In this document: piece after piece, positions 29,597-39,273 of the stretch
Position numbering within the stretch: the first letter of the stretch is position 1
Layout: each line of letters begins with the position of its first letter
Source: a virus
Taxonomy: Duplodnaviria > Caudoviricetes
Length of the DNA: 61,540 nucleotides
IMG/VR virus record: IMGVR_UViG_3300031379_000001
Span: 1-61,540 of that record
Reading direction: 5' to 3' (one strand)
The notes under the pieces: generated by a model
Databases searched by the model: none
Seen by the model: the letters and a program-made list of their open reading frames with translations, nothing else
Told to the model about the DNA's origin: nothing
Translations under genes and position numbers: made by a program

Positions 29597-29749
29597 CTAT
29601 TCACCTTTCTTTTTATTTGCATTTTCTATGTATTTCTTCATCATCTTAATAATTTCATGTGACATATTTCTTCCATCACATGCAACTCTAAATTCTTCTT
29701 TTAACTGATCGCCTGTTATTACAACTAATCTAGCTTTATTCTTACTCAA
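29597..29749 (-). CDS. 50-aa ParG/Arc-like RHH protein (below ORF-track cutoff)
   Basis: TTG start after AAGGAG; MSKNKARLVVITGDQLKEEFRVACDGRNMSHEIIKMMKKYI; promoter at 29781-29809. Confidence 0.65.
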   Translation of the reverse strand: MSKNKARLVVITGDQLKEEFRVACDGRNMSHEIIKMMKKYIENANKKKGE

Positions 29750-30000
29750 TTTGATCACTCCTTATTTTTATTATGTATACATATTATCATAGATATTAAC
29801 CAATGTCAATATTTATATTAATTAATGTTAATAATTATAATAAGAAAACAAGGTATACGTAGGTGTATACCTTGTTTGCTTGAATGTACATTTAAGTACA
29901 TTTAGGCTTCTAATGTACTCATTAGTGTATATTCTGGATTTTAGTATAATTTTATGTTATAATGATAATGTAATTAATTTTTGATAATTTATTGTTAATT

Positions 30001-32346
30001 TCATATATTCAAAGTATCTTGATATTCTGCCAAAATATCTTGTTTAATTCTTAATCCAGCTAAACCTCTTGCCGTAGGTTTTTTTGTTTTAGGATTTATT
30101 AAATTTTTACTTTCTTTAATATCTTTAAACTTTGAAGATATTTCATTTCTTAATTGTACACCAGTTTTTTTACATTTAATATTTTCTTCATTACAATACA
30201 TTTTGTAATAGCTTAGTAAATCACTGCCAAGTATATAACCATTTTTAGTTACTTCACAATATTGATCAACAAAATCTACTACAGGACTATCTTGTTTAAT
30301 ATAGTCTTTTATAATATTTTCATTTTCTTTATTTGTAGTAAAGTTTAAATTATTTTTCATAAGTCTCAATAGACCTTCAAACATCCAATTAAAAATAGCA
30401 TCATAATTAAATTTTTCTAATAATTTCTTATCTTGTTTTTCTTTAGGTACAACATTATTAAATGGTATAATTATAAATCTATTAAAAAATTCTTGTGATT
30501 TATCATAAGAACTAGGTAAATGATTCATACTAAAATACATCCTAGCTTTATTGTATACAAATATAGAATCTCTACCTTTTTTCTCACATTTAAATTTATC
30601 ATCACCAGTTAATATTTTAATTGAGCTTGTGTCTTCTAATGGTGTGGCTGGTATGTCACCACACACATTTATTAATTTACCTAATAATGCGGAAGTATCA
30701 AATCTTGAATTTCTTCTTGTTAAATCTTGTAATGGTAATGCAGAGGTATTATCATCACCGATAACATTAGTAAGTATTCTAAGTACTACCGATTTACCAG
30801 TATCACCTTTACCATAGAAACCAAAAAACTTTTTTGCTCTATTGTTATTAATTAAAGCATATCCCATAATTTCTTGTAATAAAATTTGTTGATCTTTTGG
30901 TAATGTTTCATTTATAAATTTCTCAAAAACTTCACATTTAGCATCTGGATTATATGTGAATTTATATTGAATAGTATTTAAGTTATCTGGTGAATGTTCT
31001 TCTTTAGTAAATTCAGAAGAACCATATTTAACATTTAAAATACAATCATTTAAATTAATTTGTGTATCTGATGTATTGAATTTTTCAAACTTTATAAAAT
31101 GCCTTTGTAATTGTTTGTAAACTTCATCTACATAATGAGTGGATTTAAACTTATTTTTTTCATTATCTATCATATGATTTTCAATTAACTTTGTTAACTG
31201 TGGTTTTTCTATCTCATTATATGTACCATTTTTATAAATAAATGACCCAATTTCAGTATGTATAATATTATGTTCATTTGTTAAATGATTCCTTAATACA
31301 GTGAAATCTAATTGATATTTATCTTTATTGTTTAAATAAAACCATTCTTTCGATAAAGCTTTGTTTTGTGCTTCAAAGTCTATATTTAATTTAAACATAT
31401 CATTTAGTTTAACAACTGCTTTGAATGGTTCTATATCTTCCATTAAAGCAACAAAATCAATTACACTACCGCCTTTTTCACATCCAAAACAATTAAAACT
31501 ATTAGTTGTTTCATAAATACTCATACTTGGTGTCTTGTCTTCATGTTCTGGTAATGGGCAGTTAATAAGAGTGCCATTATAGTCAATTCCATATTTGTTT
31601 AAAAGATCAATTATATCAATTTCACTTTTAACATAATCAAATATATTACTAATATCTTCTTTGTTAGTTTCAGTGTTTCTATCATATTTAGTTTTTACTT
31701 TTTTTACATCTATCTTTTTTAATAGTTCGACTTTTTTGTATAGATTTACTATCGTCCTATTGGCTTCTGGTAGTTCATCACATTTATAATCTTCATATAC
31801 ATTGCCTGTTAATATCATACAATGTTTATTTATGAATACTTCTACACCGCATTTTTGTGGTAAATGTGAATATTTAGAATGTACTTTATGTAATTTAACA
31901 CTTTGATTATTCTTTTTATTAAATGATTTTGTTGTCTTATATATAATGTGTAAACCATAACCACTAATAGAGTATTCTATATATGGTCTAATATTTTCTA
32001 TATCTAAATCATTTAATATCTCTTTTGCCCAAGTATATAAATTTTTTTCTTCATCAAAGCATTTATCTAAATCAATGATTACATAGTCATTATCAAGAAA
32101 ATAACTATAATATAGGTTATTAGGATTATCAGTTATAACACTTACAAATGTCTTTAGATTATTTTTATTGGTCCAATCGACATTATAACCATTAACATCA
32201 ACTGGTGCTTTTTTAGAATTACCATATAACCATTGATTTTTATCTTTTATTTCTTTAGGTATATTATGTATTTTTGCATTATCAACGTTTAATACTTCTT
32301 TTAATTGATTATTCTGCATATTAGTTACATTATAAGCATTTTTCAT
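30001..32346 (-). CDS. Primase-helicase: AEP-like primase + CHC2 zinc finger + D5/P4-type SF3 helicase
   Basis: IIDLD and SISGYGLH primase motifs; CPLPEHEDKTPS...CFGC; Walker A GKGDTGKS; IKILTGDD; MNHLP; FFNRF. Confidence 0.9.
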   Translation of the reverse strand: MKNAYNVTNMQNNQLKEVLNVDNAKIHNIPKEIKDKNQWLYGNSKKAPVDVNGYNVDWTNKNNLKTFVSVITDNPNNLYYSYFLDNDYVIIDLDKCFDEEKNLYTWAKEILNDLDIENIRPYIEYSISGYGLHIIYKTTKSFNKKNNQSVKLHKVHSKYSHLPQKCGVEVFINKHCMILTGNVYEDYKCDELPEANRTIVNLYKKVELLKKIDVKKVKTKYDRNTETNKEDISNIFDYVKSEIDIIDLLNKYGIDYNGTLINCPLPEHEDKTPSMSIYETTNSFNCFGCEKGGSVIDFVALMEDIEPFKAVVKLNDMFKLNIDFEAQNKALSKEWFYLNNKDKYQLDFTVLRNHLTNEHNIIHTEIGSFIYKNGTYNEIEKPQLTKLIENHMIDNEKNKFKSTHYVDEVYKQLQRHFIKFEKFNTSDTQINLNDCILNVKYGSSEFTKEEHSPDNLNTIQYKFTYNPDAKCEVFEKFINETLPKDQQILLQEIMGYALINNNRAKKFFGFYGKGDTGKSVVLRILTNVIGDDNTSALPLQDLTRRNSRFDTSALLGKLINVCGDIPATPLEDTSSIKILTGDDKFKCEKKGRDSIFVYNKARMYFSMNHLPSSYDKSQEFFNRFIIIPFNNVVPKEKQDKKLLEKFNYDAIFNWMFEGLLRLMKNNLNFTTNKENENIIKDYIKQDSPVVDFVDQYCEVTKNGYILGSDLLSYYKMYCNEENIKCKKTGVQLRNEISSKFKDIKESKNLINPKTKKPTARGLAGLRIKQDILAEYQDTLNI

Positions 32347-32358
32347 TCTTATACCTCC

Positions 32359-32562
32359 TTATTTAACATTTGTTTTTCTACAATCACAATCATCTTTTAA
32401 TACTAATTTATCAAAATTATCTATTAAATACTCTAATACTGTTGTCATACTCTTACCTTGTTGTTTAGATATTTTTTCTAATTGTTCTATTGTTTTAGGA
32501 TAAAATTTGTAAGATACCATTTTTTTCTTAGGTTTATTTGAAACTATTTTTAAATAAGCCAT
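32359..32562 (-). CDS. RHH/CopG-like regulator
   Basis: VSYKF strand then QLEKISKQQGKSMTTVLEYLI; own promoter TTGACT-17-TACAAT at 32605-32633. Confidence 0.65.
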   Translation of the reverse strand: MAYLKIVSNKPKKKMVSYKFYPKTIEQLEKISKQQGKSMTTVLEYLIDNFDKLVLKDDCDCRKTNVK

Positions 32563-32922
32563 TTTTTGTTACCTCCATATATTTTATTATTTTTCGATAA
32601 TACTATTGTATATTAGTATATACTAAAAGTCAATAACATTCGAATGATATTTATCGTTAATACTTTAACAATTAGTGATATTGGTAATTACAAGAAATTT
32701 TATTATTACGTATTTACATTAATATAACTATATGATAATATATATTTATGATGAGTTTTCTAAAAAATCTTGATATGGTTATATAAAAAAAAGAAGATGG
32801 TTCTCTTCTTTTTTTTATTATTATACAAAAATATATTAAATATTCAGAAAAATTATGGAAAAATAGACAATAATGTGATAGTATAAATTAGTCAAAATAA
32901 TACAATAAATGGAGGAAAGAAC

Positions 32923-34134
32923 ATGAAAAAAGTCACAATATTGTTAACAATTGTTACATTATTAACTTTTAGTACTTCTGTTTTTGCTACAGATCAAAGT
33001 AATTCAAATACTAATAATCAATCCAATTCAAATACATATGGTACAACTAATCAATCTAATAGTAATAATAATGATCAAAGCAATAGTAATTCAGTTGGTA
33101 CAGCTAAACAAAGTAATGATAATAAAAACAATCAAGAGAACGAAAACAAATTTGGTAAAGCTAATCAATCTAATAAAAATAGTAATACCCAAGAAAATAA
33201 GAGCAAACTTGGTATAACTAATCAATCTAATAGTAATAATAATGATCAAAGTAATAGTAACTCATTTGGTAAAGCTAATCAATCTAATAGTAATAATAAT
33301 GATCAAAGTAATGTAAGTAAGTTTGGTAAAGCTAATCAATCTAATGAAAACAATAATGAACAAAGTAACACTAATATAGGCGGTAAAGTAAATCAATCTA
33401 ATGAAAATAGTAATACTCAAGAAAATAGTAACTCATTTGGTAAAGGTAAACAAACTAATAGTAATACTAATGAACAAAATAATACGAATAAAACATTATA
33501 TCTAAAAAAATATGAAGTAAAGAAAAATGATTTAAAAGTAGAAAAATTCAAAATAGAAACAATTAAAAAAGAAGGAAAAAAAGCTAAAGTATTCATTAAA
33601 TTATATGGTAAAAAATTTGGTAAATGTGTAATCAATAAAGATGTTAAATTAAAAAAAGGATTAAATAAAGTAAAGTATGAAGTAATAAAAGAAGGTCAAA
33701 AATATATTAATTATATTAATATATATTCAGATGTAGAAAATTTATTATGTAATGTTCAAACTAATATCAATGAAAACAATCAAACTAATGTAAACTATGG
33801 TTCTAATGTAACTCAGTCAAATTCAAATAGTAATAGTCAAAGTAATACAAATAATAGCTCAAGTTCAAATACAACAGTTAGTACAACTACAGGAACAGAA
33901 TCAACCACAGTAACAACTACAGGAAATGAAGAAAAAGAAGTAAAAATAGAAACAACTAATCTAAGTGCTAATGGTATTTTAGCAGATAAAGCATCAACAG
34001 ATGTTAAAACTGTTTCAAGTAATGATACATTACCAAAAACAGGTGATGAAGTACCAGTATTACCATTCGTTATAGGTTCTTTAATTTTATTAGGTGGAGT
34101 AAGTTTACTATTAAAAAAAGTTTTAATCAATTAA
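32923..34134 (+). CDS. Sortase-anchored surface protein with 19-aa Q/N repeats
   Basis: Signal peptide ending VFA; about 9 repeats like NQSNSNNNDQSNSNSFGKA; Ser/Thr stalk; LPKTG + TM + KK. Confidence 0.9.
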   Translation: MKKVTILLTIVTLLTFSTSVFATDQSNSNTNNQSNSNTYGTTNQSNSNNNDQSNSNSVGTAKQSNDNKNNQENENKFGKANQSNKNSNTQENKSKLGITNQSNSNNNDQSNSNSFGKANQSNSNNNDQSNVSKFGKANQSNENNNEQSNTNIGGKVNQSNENSNTQENSNSFGKGKQTNSNTNEQNNTNKTLYLKKYEVKKNDLKVEKFKIETIKKEGKKAKVFIKLYGKKFGKCVINKDVKLKKGLNKVKYEVIKEGQKYINYINIYSDVENLLCNVQTNINENNQTNVNYGSNVTQSNSNSNSQSNTNNSSSSNTTVSTTTGTESTTVTTTGNEEKEVKIETTNLSANGILADKASTDVKTVSSNDTLPKTGDEVPVLPFVIGSLILLGGVSLLLKKVLIN

Positions 34135-34163
34135 AAAAGACTTATTTATAAGTCTTTTTTTTT
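34133..34163. terminator. Bidirectional terminator
   Basis: AAAAAAGACTTAT-TT-ATAAGTCTTTTTT between convergent genes. Confidence 0.8.
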
Positions 34164-34168
34164 AATTG

Positions 34169-34486
34169 TTATATGTATGTTCCTATTATTTTTTTATCGT
34201 CTGTCTCATTTCTACCAATAAACCACATACATTCTGGAATATCATTTGTTAATTGTTTTATTGTTTTACTTATCATAATATATGGTGTACATTTATTATT
34301 AAAGAATAATCTAGCTACAAAGTACCCATAGTAATCTTTTGTTTCATTGTTATATATGGTTATTATGGGTATTTTAGATTCATAATTATATTTTTTAGTT
34401 AAATTGATTAACCTAAAATCTTTAAATGAATCTAATAAAATATCATCATCTTTCCTATAAGGGTTATAAAATTTTTTTAATATCAT
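34169..34486 (-). CDS. Hypothetical protein
   Basis: AAGGAG RBS. Confidence 0.6.
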   Translation of the reverse strand: MILKKFYNPYRKDDDILLDSFKDFRLINLTKKYNYESKIPIITIYNNETKDYYGYFVARLFFNNKCTPYIMISKTIKQLTNDIPECMWFIGRNETDDKKIIGTYI

Positions 34487-34500
34487 AATTAATTCTCCTT

Positions 34501-35787
34501 TTATTTTATTATTTTAAATTTATCTTTGTTATCTATTTGTATTCTTTCTAACCTTTTGTTTTCATTTAATTTAGCACTAGTTAAATTATTAATAATTTTG
34601 TCCTTCCATAATCTATCTTTTATATTGAACTCTTTTTTTAATTGTCCTACTTTTATTAAATCACCACTTTTATATTTAAGGACAATATATTCATCTATAT
34701 TTTTAATCAAGTCCTCAAGTCCTAAATTTATTTTGTCCTGTGTCCTAAGTTTAATTTTGTCCTCACTTATTATATGTCCTGAGACATTTTTATTTTGTCC
34801 TGTCTTCATGTCCTGTGTTTGTTCTTTAATTTTGTCCTGTGTCCTAAGTTTAATTTTGTCCTCACTTTGTCCTATGTCTTCACTTTTTTGTTTTGGTACG
34901 TCCTGAATACATTTAGGACTTTTAGATATATCTACCTTTTTAGTAATATTTGTATTAATAGGTTCTATGTTTTTACTTAATGGTTTTAAAGACTTACTAA
35001 GATTTACCACTTTATTATTTATAACTTTGTCCTGAGTTACTATATTATTTTTTTGTCCCAAGTTATTATTAGTTTGTCCCAAGTTATTATTAGTTTGTCC
35101 CAAGTTATTATTAGTTTGTCCCAAGTTATTATTAGTTTGTCCTAAGTTATTATTAGTTTGTCCTAAGTTTTTGTCCTCAATTATTCCTAACTCAATACAT
35201 TTGTTATCAATAAAACTTTTAGGATAATAAGTAACTAATTTAAATATTTTTACTAAGTAACTATTATTATTCAAATTAATTTTTTGTTTAGTAGATATTC
35301 CAGTTATCAAATCACTACCAATTGAAGGAAAATACATACTCATTAAGTCTATTACTATACATGATAACCATATAAGAGTCATATTAGTTAAATTATCTAC
35401 AAGCCATGTATTATTGTTAAGGTTTAAAAAAGGTATGCTATATAGTAAATCTTTTATTACATCTTTCCTTGCTAACTTATCAAACTGATTAAAAAATGAT
35501 ATAGTTGATAATACTGAGATTATAAAACATATATTGGTAAACCATACTATTTTAAAGTAATGTTGTGGTGTTCGTTGGTATACTATCCCTTTAACTATAG
35601 AACCAACTAACACCATAATTTGTAATAATACGATAAAACCAATTACAACTAAAGTCAAATTTTCATCAGTAGTAAGATTAGAAAAAAATGCTATAGATAA
35701 ACCAGTTGATACTACACTAGATAGGATTGATAATAAAATAATAATCAATCCAAAAAATATAGCCATAAACTTACTAAATTTATTCAT
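34501..35787 (-). CDS. Multi-pass membrane protein with low-complexity linker and basic C-terminal (possible winged-helix) domain
   Basis: About 4 N-terminal TMs; NNNLGQT repeats; EDKIKLRTQDKI x2. Confidence 0.75.
   Translation of the reverse strand: MNKFSKFMAIFFGLIIILLSILSSVVSTGLSIAFFSNLTTDENLTLVVIGFIVLLQIMVLVGSIVKGIVYQRTPQHYFKIVWFTNICFIISVLSTISFFNQFDKLARKDVIKDLLYSIPFLNLNNNTWLVDNLTNMTLIWLSCIVIDLMSMYFPSIGSDLITGISTKQKINLNNNSYLVKIFKLVTYYPKSFIDNKCIELGIIEDKNLGQTNNNLGQTNNNLGQTNNNLGQTNNNLGQTNNNLGQKNNIVTQDKVINNKVVNLSKSLKPLSKNIEPINTNITKKVDISKSPKCIQDVPKQKSEDIGQSEDKIKLRTQDKIKEQTQDMKTGQNKNVSGHIISEDKIKLRTQDKINLGLEDLIKNIDEYIVLKYKSGDLIKVGQLKKEFNIKDRLWKDKIINNLTSAKLNENKRLERIQIDNKDKFKIIK
35052..35170. repeat. 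21-bp tandem repeat within CDS (TTTGTCCCAAGTTATTATTAG), about 5.5 copies
   Basis: Read directly. Confidence 0.9.
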
Positions 35788-35805
35788 AATCTCACTTCCT
35801 TTCTA

Positions 35806-36255
35806 TTATCCGAATATCATATCTTTATTAGCTTTAATACATTCTTTCATGAAATCAATTAGTCTAAAATGAAAATCAGTTAATAAACTACTATGTAAGA
35901 ATTCTCTAAAATCAACTTTTTCTAACTCAGGTAAAATTAGTTTCATTTCGTTAACTGTTAGTTTACCTTCAACATCACTATGATTAATTAGATACTTTAG
36001 ATTATTTTTAACTGTATTCCAGCTACTCAATTTAGTACATTTATTACAATCACCATAACACATAATTTCTTTACAAAACCCTTGCATATTATGAATCCAT
36101 CTGTTATCAAATGTATTAAATAATATTGCTCTATATTCAAAAAATTTACCATAATGTATGCCTTTTTTCATACATTTTCTTTCATATACTTTACCTTCTT
36201 CCTCACATTCATATAACAATTTATCAGTGTTATAATATAAATCTAATCCCATCAA
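35806..36255 (-). CDS. Hypothetical phage protein (MGLD...HSD type)
   Basis: AAAGGAGG RBS; MGLDLY...LINHSDVEG. Confidence 0.65.
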   Translation of the reverse strand: MMGLDLYYNTDKLLYECEEEGKVYERKCMKKGIHYGKFFEYRAILFNTFDNRWIHNMQGFCKEIMCYGDCNKCTKLSSWNTVKNNLKYLINHSDVEGKLTVNEMKLILPELEKVDFREFLHSSLLTDFHFRLIDFMKECIKANKDMIFG

Positions 36256-36331
36256 AATTACCTCCTTTGTTCATATGCAAAACCATTGTTATAACTAAGT
36301 TTTGCTTAAAAAATACCTATTTTAGATCCCC

Positions 36332-36469
36332 TTAAAATTGTTCCTTTAAATATTCTTCAATCAATCTAGTTATTACCTTTGACATATTTTTGTCTTGAGA
36401 TTCACAAAATTCCTTGAATTTATCTTTCAATTCCTTAGTAACTAATACTCTTATTTGTTCTGTTTTCAT
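36332..36469 (-). CDS. 45-aa ParG/CopG-like RHH protein (below ORF-track cutoff)
   Basis: AAGGAGG RBS; MKTEQIRVLVTKELKDKFKEFCESQDKNMSKVITRLIEEYLKEQF. Confidence 0.75.
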   Translation of the reverse strand: MKTEQIRVLVTKELKDKFKEFCESQDKNMSKVITRLIEEYLKEQF

Positions 36470-36683
36470 AATAATAACCTCCTTTTGTAATATATTATAA
36501 TATTATATAAAACATTGCAATGTTTATAATAATCCATATAACATAAATACCTTTGACTTATGTGGTTATACTCACAAAATTACTATGTCTTTTGTGATTA
36601 CTTATTCATTTTAAATAAAATTATTGAAAAATATAAAAATTCTTAGTAAACTATAAATAGTATATTAATTAAGGGGAATTTGT

Positions 36684-37010
36684 ATGAATAAATTATTATT
36701 AGTTATAACCAATACATATATACCTGATGTAAATTTTAATGAAAATATGGAGAAATTTAATCCAAATTTTGCAATGGAATTATTAAGAGGGTTTATATTA
36801 CCTATAGGAATACTTATAATATTTGCAATTGTTATTATTAATAGTTGTAAATATTATAGTAGAAACTATATAAAAGGAATTATACAGAATATATTTATAG
36901 GTGCGGTATTAATTATATTACTATTGAAACCTACATTAATATTCCAGCTAGGAGAACAAATTATCAAGGTATTTAGTTATATAATAGGAGGATTTATTAA
37001 AAATGTTTAA
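36684..37010 (+). CDS. Small membrane protein upstream of FtsK-like ATPase
   Basis: AAGGGG RBS; 2-3 hydrophobic helices; coupled to next gene. Confidence 0.7.
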   Translation: MNKLLLVITNTYIPDVNFNENMEKFNPNFAMELLRGFILPIGILIIFAIVIINSCKYYSRNYIKGIIQNIFIGAVLIILLLKPTLIFQLGEQIIKVFSYIIGGFIKNV

Positions 37011-38748
37011 TAGGTTTTTACATCATATTAAAAGAGAAATAAAAAGTTTTAAAAGATCGCATATTAAACAATATGCGATTTATACTTTAGGGTATTTATT
37101 TGTGATTTATTTGTTGGAAGTTTATATTTTCTTTATTATAACACCTTTTATATACTTTGTAATAAAAAGTATACCTAGTTTTAGTAAAGAATTCTATTAT
37201 CATCTAAGGTATCTTAGTATAAGAAATATAAACGAAAAGTTAGCAATAATAAATGTTAGTAAACAAGATGATGAAATAAGATACAAGATGTTAACTTATG
37301 AGCCATTAGAACGGTTAGAAAAGATTAGATCACAGTTAGCAATATATTTTAATACTAATATCCTAGCAATAGAACAATCTAGCAGAAGTAAGAGAATAGC
37401 TTACTTAGTGACAGCTAAAACAGTTAAAAATAATAATAAGAATAAAACAAGATACATATTAAACCAGTTAGCAATACCTAATAATAACCTAGCAATTAAA
37501 GAGAATGATTTTATTAAGCAGATTTCTTTTAATTGCTATGATACTAAAAAGGTACTTAGCAATAAAGATAATATTGCTATGCTGCTAAATGTAGACCCTA
37601 GCAAACTTAGTATTAAACTTAGCAAAAATGTAATTCTAGAGGTTAGTAAGCAAAACGACAAGATATACTATTTACAAGATCATATAATTAGTTTGAATAA
37701 ACCTAACAAGGATTATCAATTTTTACTAGGTATCAATAAGTCTAATGGTGAGTTATTAATTGGTAACATTAAAGAATACCTTCATACACTCATATTTGGT
37801 GCTTCTGGCTCAGGTAAATCATGTTTTTTCAATGTTGTTCTGCAATCATTAATGTATTGGAATGATAAGATCGTATATTGTTTAATTGATTATAAGATAC
37901 TAGAATTTAAACGTTATGGACAGTTAAAAAACACACTATATATTTCAGATCATAATGATACCTTGATGCTATTTAAGGCTTTAATGGCTGAAATGAATAG
38001 ACGTTTTGATATATTCTCTAAACATGATGTTCTTGATATATATGAGTATAACGAAGAGATACAATATTTACCTATGATATTTGTGGCTATAGATGAAATA
38101 GCAGACTTAAGACTCACTAAATCAGATGTTGCAGAAGAAATTGAGGAAACATTTAAAAAACTTATGAATAAAGGTCGTGCCAGTGGAATAATATTTTGGG
38201 TAGCTTGTCAAAGACCTAGTCATGGACAGATAGACACAGATGTTAGGGCAAATTTAGATTCAAGAATAGCATTTAAGGTATCTGATAGTAAAGAAGCATC
38301 ATTGGCTAATGTACCAGATGCACATAATTTAATAAGGGCAAATGCTATTGTTAAATCACAGATAAGCACAAACCAAATAAAAGGTTTATTTATAGATAAG
38401 AAACATAACGAGGTTTTTAATGGGCTAAAAATGAGGGCATCATTTGGGCAACAGGGCAACGTTGTTAACCTAAGTAAAACACCATCAACCATAACTCACA
38501 GTAATGATTTAATTGTGCAACAATTAAAGAAAAACGTTGCCTTTAAACGTGAAGATCAAGCAAGTACTTATATTGACTTTAAGCGGTATATCTGGGATTC
38601 AACGCAATCTAGTGATACTATACCTAAGAACCAGATATATATTGATGCTCTAGGTCTAACAGATAAACAAGTAAGAACTATGAAAGAAAAGTGTCTCAAG
38701 GAAGGAATATTTGTCAAAAACAAGTCTGGTAGATATGTAAGAGTCTAA
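37003..38748 (+). CDS. FtsK/SpoIIIE-family DNA translocase
   Basis: HTLIFGASGSGKS Walker A, LIDYK, EMNRR, FVAIDEIAD Walker B, KGRASGI, ACQRPS, RIAFKV; N-terminal TM. Confidence 0.9.
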   Translation: MFNRFLHHIKREIKSFKRSHIKQYAIYTLGYLFVIYLLEVYIFFIITPFIYFVIKSIPSFSKEFYYHLRYLSIRNINEKLAIINVSKQDDEIRYKMLTYEPLERLEKIRSQLAIYFNTNILAIEQSSRSKRIAYLVTAKTVKNNNKNKTRYILNQLAIPNNNLAIKENDFIKQISFNCYDTKKVLSNKDNIAMLLNVDPSKLSIKLSKNVILEVSKQNDKIYYLQDHIISLNKPNKDYQFLLGINKSNGELLIGNIKEYLHTLIFGASGSGKSCFFNVVLQSLMYWNDKIVYCLIDYKILEFKRYGQLKNTLYISDHNDTLMLFKALMAEMNRRFDIFSKHDVLDIYEYNEEIQYLPMIFVAIDEIADLRLTKSDVAEEIEETFKKLMNKGRASGIIFWVACQRPSHGQIDTDVRANLDSRIAFKVSDSKEASLANVPDAHNLIRANAIVKSQISTNQIKGLFIDKKHNEVFNGLKMRASFGQQGNVVNLSKTPSTITHSNDLIVQQLKKNVAFKREDQASTYIDFKRYIWDSTQSSDTIPKNQIYIDALGLTDKQVRTMKEKCLKEGIFVKNKSGRYVRV

Positions 38749-38825
38749 CCGTATACTCTTAGCTTCATCTGTATACATTGCGACTAATGTAAAACACCAT
38801 TTTATATTAGTCGCTTTTTTATTAC

Positions 38826-39248
38826 CAATTAAAAAAAATACCATCATTTTAAAATAATACGACACCCTTTAGGCATCACTGCCAGAACGATTGGGCATAG
38901 GTCAGGTAAAATTCAGGCACTGTGTATCACTGTCTATAACTAACTTACATATACATTGGCATTTTAGGCTTATTTATTCCATTAAAAAATTATGAAAAAA
39001 AGATATATATAAATAAATAAAATATAAAAAAAATATAAAATATAAATATATATGAGAACTAAACCTTGCCTAAAACGCCCAAAATGCCTAAAGTAAACTA
39101 GTAGTTTAGATTCCAGAGATATTTTTTTGCCTGAATTTATCCACATTTTGCCTAAGTCAACTAGGAGTGATGCCTAGCTATGCCTGAAATTATTTATCCA
39201 CAAAGTTATCCACAGTTTATTTAATATGATGGTATTTTTTTTTAATTG
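38826..39248. other. Origin-like element: 22-bp terminal inverted repeats, AGGCA/TGCCT repeats around an AT-rich core, 3 DnaA boxes
   Basis: CAATTA8TACCATCAT (38826-38847) vs ATGATGGTAT9AATTG (39226-39248); TTATCCACA at 39137, 39194, 39206. Confidence 0.7.
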
Positions 39249-39273
39249 TTATGCAGTAAAAACCTTGTAACTA

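Noticed and set aside
34526-34980. Plus-strand ORFs overlapping the membrane-protein gene and similar short overlapping ORFs elsewhere in the track
   Set aside because: Antisense or out-of-frame to well-supported genes, no RBS, low-complexity translations
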